Assembly (NCBI GenBank): GCA_963805625.1 | Contig: CAWDVE010000010.1 | Location: 1,152,001 to 1,216,000, forward strand | Length of the DNA: 64,000 nt | Direction of reading: 5' to 3' | Source: an uncultured Candidatus Rokubacteria bacterium | GTDB lineage: Bacteria; Methylomirabilota; Methylomirabilia; Rokubacteriales; DASRDR01 | In this document: piece after piece, positions 60,823-64,000 of the stretch | Numbering within the stretch: position 1 is the first letter of the stretch | How the letters are laid out: each line of letters begins with the position of its first letter | Made by a program: the position numbers and the translations under genes | Notes under the pieces: generated by a model | Databases searched by the model: none | The model's input: only the letters and a program-made list of their open reading frames with translations | Told to the model about the DNA's origin: nothing

Positions 60823-62079
60823 CTAGTCTTGAAGGATCCGGTCCATCTTCGCCGCGGCCTCGTCGAGGAGCGGCTTCGGCTGCCCCTTCCCGTAGAGGAC
60901 GCCGACGACCGCTTCGCCGAACGCGGTGGCCAACTCGTTCGACTTCGGGTGGAAGTACGTCGGCGGCACCGGCTGGGCCAGCATGTCCTTGGTCGACTGG
61001 TAGTCGGGCCGGCCTTTCGCGTATGCCGAGTCGAGGTTCGCGTTGAACACCGGCATGAAGCCGCCGAACTGATGCTGGTCGAGATCATCCTTGGCGTTCG
61101 AGATGAAGCGGATGAACTCCCAGGCCACTTGCTTGTTCGGGCTGTTCTTGTAGACCAGATTCGTCCACGGGAAGAGCGCCCCGGCGCCCGGGCACGTCTT
61201 CCCGCACGGGAGCGCGGCGACCTTGAACTTCACCTCGGGCGCGTTCTTGTGAACCCACCCGAAGAACCAGGACTCGCGGAAGATCACCGCCGCCCGCTTC
61301 TGGCCAAAGGCGTCCTCGGGGTTCCCCAGCGCGAGACTCGCCACCTTGTCCTTCAGCACCAGATCGCCGAAGAACTGGAGGGCGGCCACCATCTCCGCGC
61401 TGTTGGCGAAGCCCGTCGCCTTCTCGAGATCGGGCGAGAGCATGCGAGCGCCGTACGCGTGAGCGAACGGCAGGAACTTGTCGGTGATGCCGACCGGGTG
61501 GCCCTTGTGCCGGATGGCGAATCCAACCTGCGTGTCCCCGGAGGTCAGCTTCTTCATGGCGGCCAGCCACTCGTCGAGGGTCTTCGGTGGCTTGTCGGCA
61601 TCGAGACCGGCCTTCTTGAAGAGGTCGACGTTCATGTACATCTGCTGGAAGTTGCCGTGCTCGAGCGGCGTGCCGTAGCGGACGTTCTTCCACTTCCCGA
61701 TCGGCACCATGTACTTGGGGATCGATTCGTCCCAGATCTTCACCAGATCCTGGGGCATCGGATCACAGAAGTCGTACTGGCCGCACCACTGGTGCGTCAT
61801 CCCATTGAAGAAGTCGGGCGCCCCGCTCTTGCCCATCAGGGCGGCGAGATACTTGGCCTCGTAGCCCTGATAGGGAACCGTCACCACCTCGATCTCGTAG
61901 CCCGTCTTCTTCGCGAACTCCTTGCCCTTCTCCGCATACCACTTGTTGAAGTCGGGCTGCTGGTCCCAGTGGGTCCAGTAGACCAGCTTCTTCGTCTGGG
62001 CGGGGGCGGGCGGGATCGCCACGGTCACGGCGCCGACCGCGGCGGCCAAGGCCAGGCTGAGCCACATGCCGCGTCGCAT
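60823..62079 (-). CDS. CUT1-family ABC solute-binding protein
   Basis: Signal peptide, APD, PPKT..EW, AWEFIRF; AAGGAG RBS. Confidence 0.88.
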   Translation of the reverse strand: MRRGMWLSLALAAAVGAVTVAIPPAPAQTKKLVYWTHWDQQPDFNKWYAEKGKEFAKKTGYEIEVVTVPYQGYEAKYLAALMGKSGAPDFFNGMTHQWCGQYDFCDPMPQDLVKIWDESIPKYMVPIGKWKNVRYGTPLEHGNFQQMYMNVDLFKKAGLDADKPPKTLDEWLAAMKKLTSGDTQVGFAIRHKGHPVGITDKFLPFAHAYGARMLSPDLEKATGFANSAEMVAALQFFGDLVLKDKVASLALGNPEDAFGQKRAAVIFRESWFFGWVHKNAPEVKFKVAALPCGKTCPGAGALFPWTNLVYKNSPNKQVAWEFIRFISNAKDDLDQHQFGGFMPVFNANLDSAYAKGRPDYQSTKDMLAQPVPPTYFHPKSNELATAFGEAVVGVLYGKGQPKPLLDEAAAKMDRILQD

Positions 62080-62203
62080 GCTGCGCTCCTTTCGAGTCAG
62101 AGGGTTCGTCAGGCTGGGAAGGGACCGGATCTCCAGCATCGTACACAGTCCACCACCACGGGCCCGCCGTCAATCGGGCCTGGGAAAGCTCGGTGATCGG
62201 AGG

Positions 62204-63532
62204 TCAGCGCCGTGGCTCGGTCTTTGCCCGCGACACGGCGAGATAGACGCCCGCCGCGAGCCCGAGGCTCGGCAGGGTCGCGCCGAGCGCCGGGAGCCCG
62301 CCCATGCCGAGCGGCTCGAGCCGCCCCGCGATCCACAGGTAGGTGCCGAACCCGAGCGCCCAGGCGAGCGCCCCCTGCCAGCGTACGCCGGGAGCAACCC
62401 CGCCCTTCCCGGTGGACCCGAGGAGCGTGGCGGGCGTGTAGTGGCCTCGCCGAACCACGAAGTAGTCGGCCGCCAGCACCCCGAAGAGCGGCACGAAGAC
62501 GGCGCCGATCAGGAGGAGGAAGTCCTCGTAGCGGGTCACGTCGAAGACGAGCGCCAGGGCGATCGCCGCGCCCCCGAGCGCCCCCACCAGCGGCCGGACC
62601 GAGACGCGGGGGAAGACGTTCTGGATCGAGACCGCGCACGAGTAGAGGTCGGCCCACGCCTCGTCGGTCTCGTCGGCGAGCAGCACGAGCAGGATGAGCG
62701 GCCCGGCCAGGAGCGCGATCGCCTCGACGAACGCCTTCGGCTCCGGACTCGTCCCGATGCCGAGAAGGATCAGCGCCCCGAGCGCGTAGAACCAGACGTT
62801 GGCGACCAGATACCCGAGCGTGGTCCCCCAGAAGGCCGGGGCCGGCCGGCGGGCGAATCGGCTGTAGTCGGACACCAGCGGCAGCCACGAGATCGGCATG
62901 GCGATCACGATGTCCACCGCCGCCCAGAACGAGAGTCCCCCGGCTGCCGGAGCGGCCCAGAGCGCCCCGACGTCCACGCGGCCGAAGAGGCGCCAGGTCA
63001 GCCAGGCCGTCGTCAGGATCACGGCCCCGAGGGCGAACTTCGTGAGCCATTCCCGTACCACCGCGACCGGCCCCCAGAGGCCAAGCGCGATCACGGCGCC
63101 CCCGAACCCGGCGATCCAGAGCCACGTGGCGTCGAAGCCGGTCAGGCCCCGGACCACCGCGTTGGCCGCGTGGCCCATGATCACGAGCTCGAACACGGTC
63201 CAGCCGAGAAGCTGCGCCACGTTGAACCCGGTCGCGACGTACGAGCCGCCGCGCCCGAGCGCCGGCCGGAGGCACACCATCGTGGGAAGCCCGGTCTGAC
63301 TGCCGACGATCCCGGTCAGCCCCAGCAGTGTCACGCCGATGACGCTCCCCACCGCGATGGCGCCGAGCGCCTGCGGGAGGGAGAGGGCGGGAACCAGGAA
63401 GCTCCCGGCCAGGAGGACCAGGAGCCCGATCCCCAGGTCGCCCCACAGCACGGCGAATCCCCAGGCCCCGAGCTGTCGCCCCTCGGGCGTGACGGGCTCG
63501 AGCCCTTGCGAGGTCACCACCTCGGTGGCCAT
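62204..63532 (-). CDS. cytX: NCS1-family permease, CytX-like hydroxymethylpyrimidine transporter
   Basis: AMPISWLPLVSDYSRFA, FLLLIGAVFVPL; downstream of a TPP riboswitch. Confidence 0.82.
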   Translation of the reverse strand: MATEVVTSQGLEPVTPEGRQLGAWGFAVLWGDLGIGLLVLLAGSFLVPALSLPQALGAIAVGSVIGVTLLGLTGIVGSQTGLPTMVCLRPALGRGGSYVATGFNVAQLLGWTVFELVIMGHAANAVVRGLTGFDATWLWIAGFGGAVIALGLWGPVAVVREWLTKFALGAVILTTAWLTWRLFGRVDVGALWAAPAAGGLSFWAAVDIVIAMPISWLPLVSDYSRFARRPAPAFWGTTLGYLVANVWFYALGALILLGIGTSPEPKAFVEAIALLAGPLILLVLLADETDEAWADLYSCAVSIQNVFPRVSVRPLVGALGGAAIALALVFDVTRYEDFLLLIGAVFVPLFGVLAADYFVVRRGHYTPATLLGSTGKGGVAPGVRWQGALAWALGFGTYLWIAGRLEPLGMGGLPALGATLPSLGLAAGVYLAVSRAKTEPRR

Positions 63533-63560
63533 GGCGCATTCTCCTCGGCGACGAGACCTG

Positions 63561-63596
63561 AAACAACGAAGGGCGCCGGGAATCCCCAGCGCCCTC
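63561..63596 (-). terminator. Riboswitch expression-platform terminator hairpin
   Basis: GAGGGCGCTGGGG-ATT-CCCGGCGCCCTTC followed by GTTGTTT. Confidence 0.6.
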
Positions 63597-63618
63597 GGTG
63601 TGGGCTCGTCGTACGTTG

Positions 63619-63714
63619 GCGTCCCTACGCTGGCATTACCCAGATCAGGTTCCGGCGGTCGGCGGCGTTCCGGCCGCCCTCTCAGCTCGGCGCTCTCCGA
63701 GCTCCCGCGCTCGT
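63619..63714 (-). ncRNA. TPP (THI-box) riboswitch
   Basis: Minus strand GGGAGC...GCTGAGA...GAACCTGATCTGGGTAATGCCAGCGTAGGGA. Confidence 0.95.
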
Positions 63715-63769
63715 GTCCTCCGCTGGCTATGCCGTCACGATCCCCTCCTCGGGTACATTCCAACCTACT

Positions 63770-64000
63770 CTACGCTGAAGGGGGCGCCGGTGTCTGCCCC
63801 ACGGGGACCCGAAGACCCTTCCTGAGCTCCTTGTCGCCGCGCTCCCGTACGTCCTCGCCCCGCACGATGTAGATCACGTCCTCGGCGATGTTGGTCGCGT
63901 GATCCGCGATCCGCTCGAGGTTGCGGGAGATCAGGATCAGCGCCAGGGCGCGCGGAATCGTCGACGTGTCCGCCATCATGTAGACGAGCAGCTCGCGGAA
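63770..64000 (-). CDS. phoU: Phosphate signalling protein PhoU, 3' part (truncated by window edge)
   Basis: SRNLERIADHATNIAEDVIY. Confidence 0.9.
   Translation of the reverse strand, partial: FRELLVYMMADTSTIPRALALILISRNLERIADHATNIAEDVIYIVRGEDVRERGDKELRKGLRVPVGQTPAPPSA

Overview
Very GC-rich bacterial chromosome segment, probably from a diderm soil or subsurface lineage; Rokubacteria/Methylomirabilota-like gene content is my inference only. Left to right: cytochrome c maturation genes (ccmH, ccmI-like, ccmF), ligA, gdh and pyk; a large divergent hopanoid locus (ispH, two Zn-ADHs, hpnD, hpnA, BamA-like barrel, hpnG-like, hpnH, CruF-like | shc, MlaEFD, TolC, MlaC/HpnM, cytidylyltransferase); two LLM monooxygenases; a phnW-phnA-GcvT-like-NUDIX phosphonate operon; a Cys-rich protein, two ATP-grasp ligases and KamA; an ECF sigma module; a molybdopterin oxidoreductase; LPS genes, malQ, phoBR, pdxR-like/pdxS/pdxT, a sugar ABC transporter, TPP-riboswitch-controlled cytX and the phoU 3' end. 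Three observations stand out. (1) An ECF sigma factor is coupled to one protein fusing a zinc anti-sigma domain, an O6-alkylguanine transferase and an Ada-type Zn/methyl-sensor domain; the same 27-bp ECF-like promoter precedes the sigma gene and two small downstream genes, suggesting an alkylation-sensing sigma switch. (2) A ~0.41-kb internally deleted IS1111/IS110 element keeps both ends and an apparently complete bridge/seek RNA whose guide segments match its own target and donor junctions; it inserted into a stop codon and recreated it. (3) A bipartite tandem-repeat intergenic element occurs twice, 58 kb apart. All calls come from reading sequence and motifs; no database searches were run.
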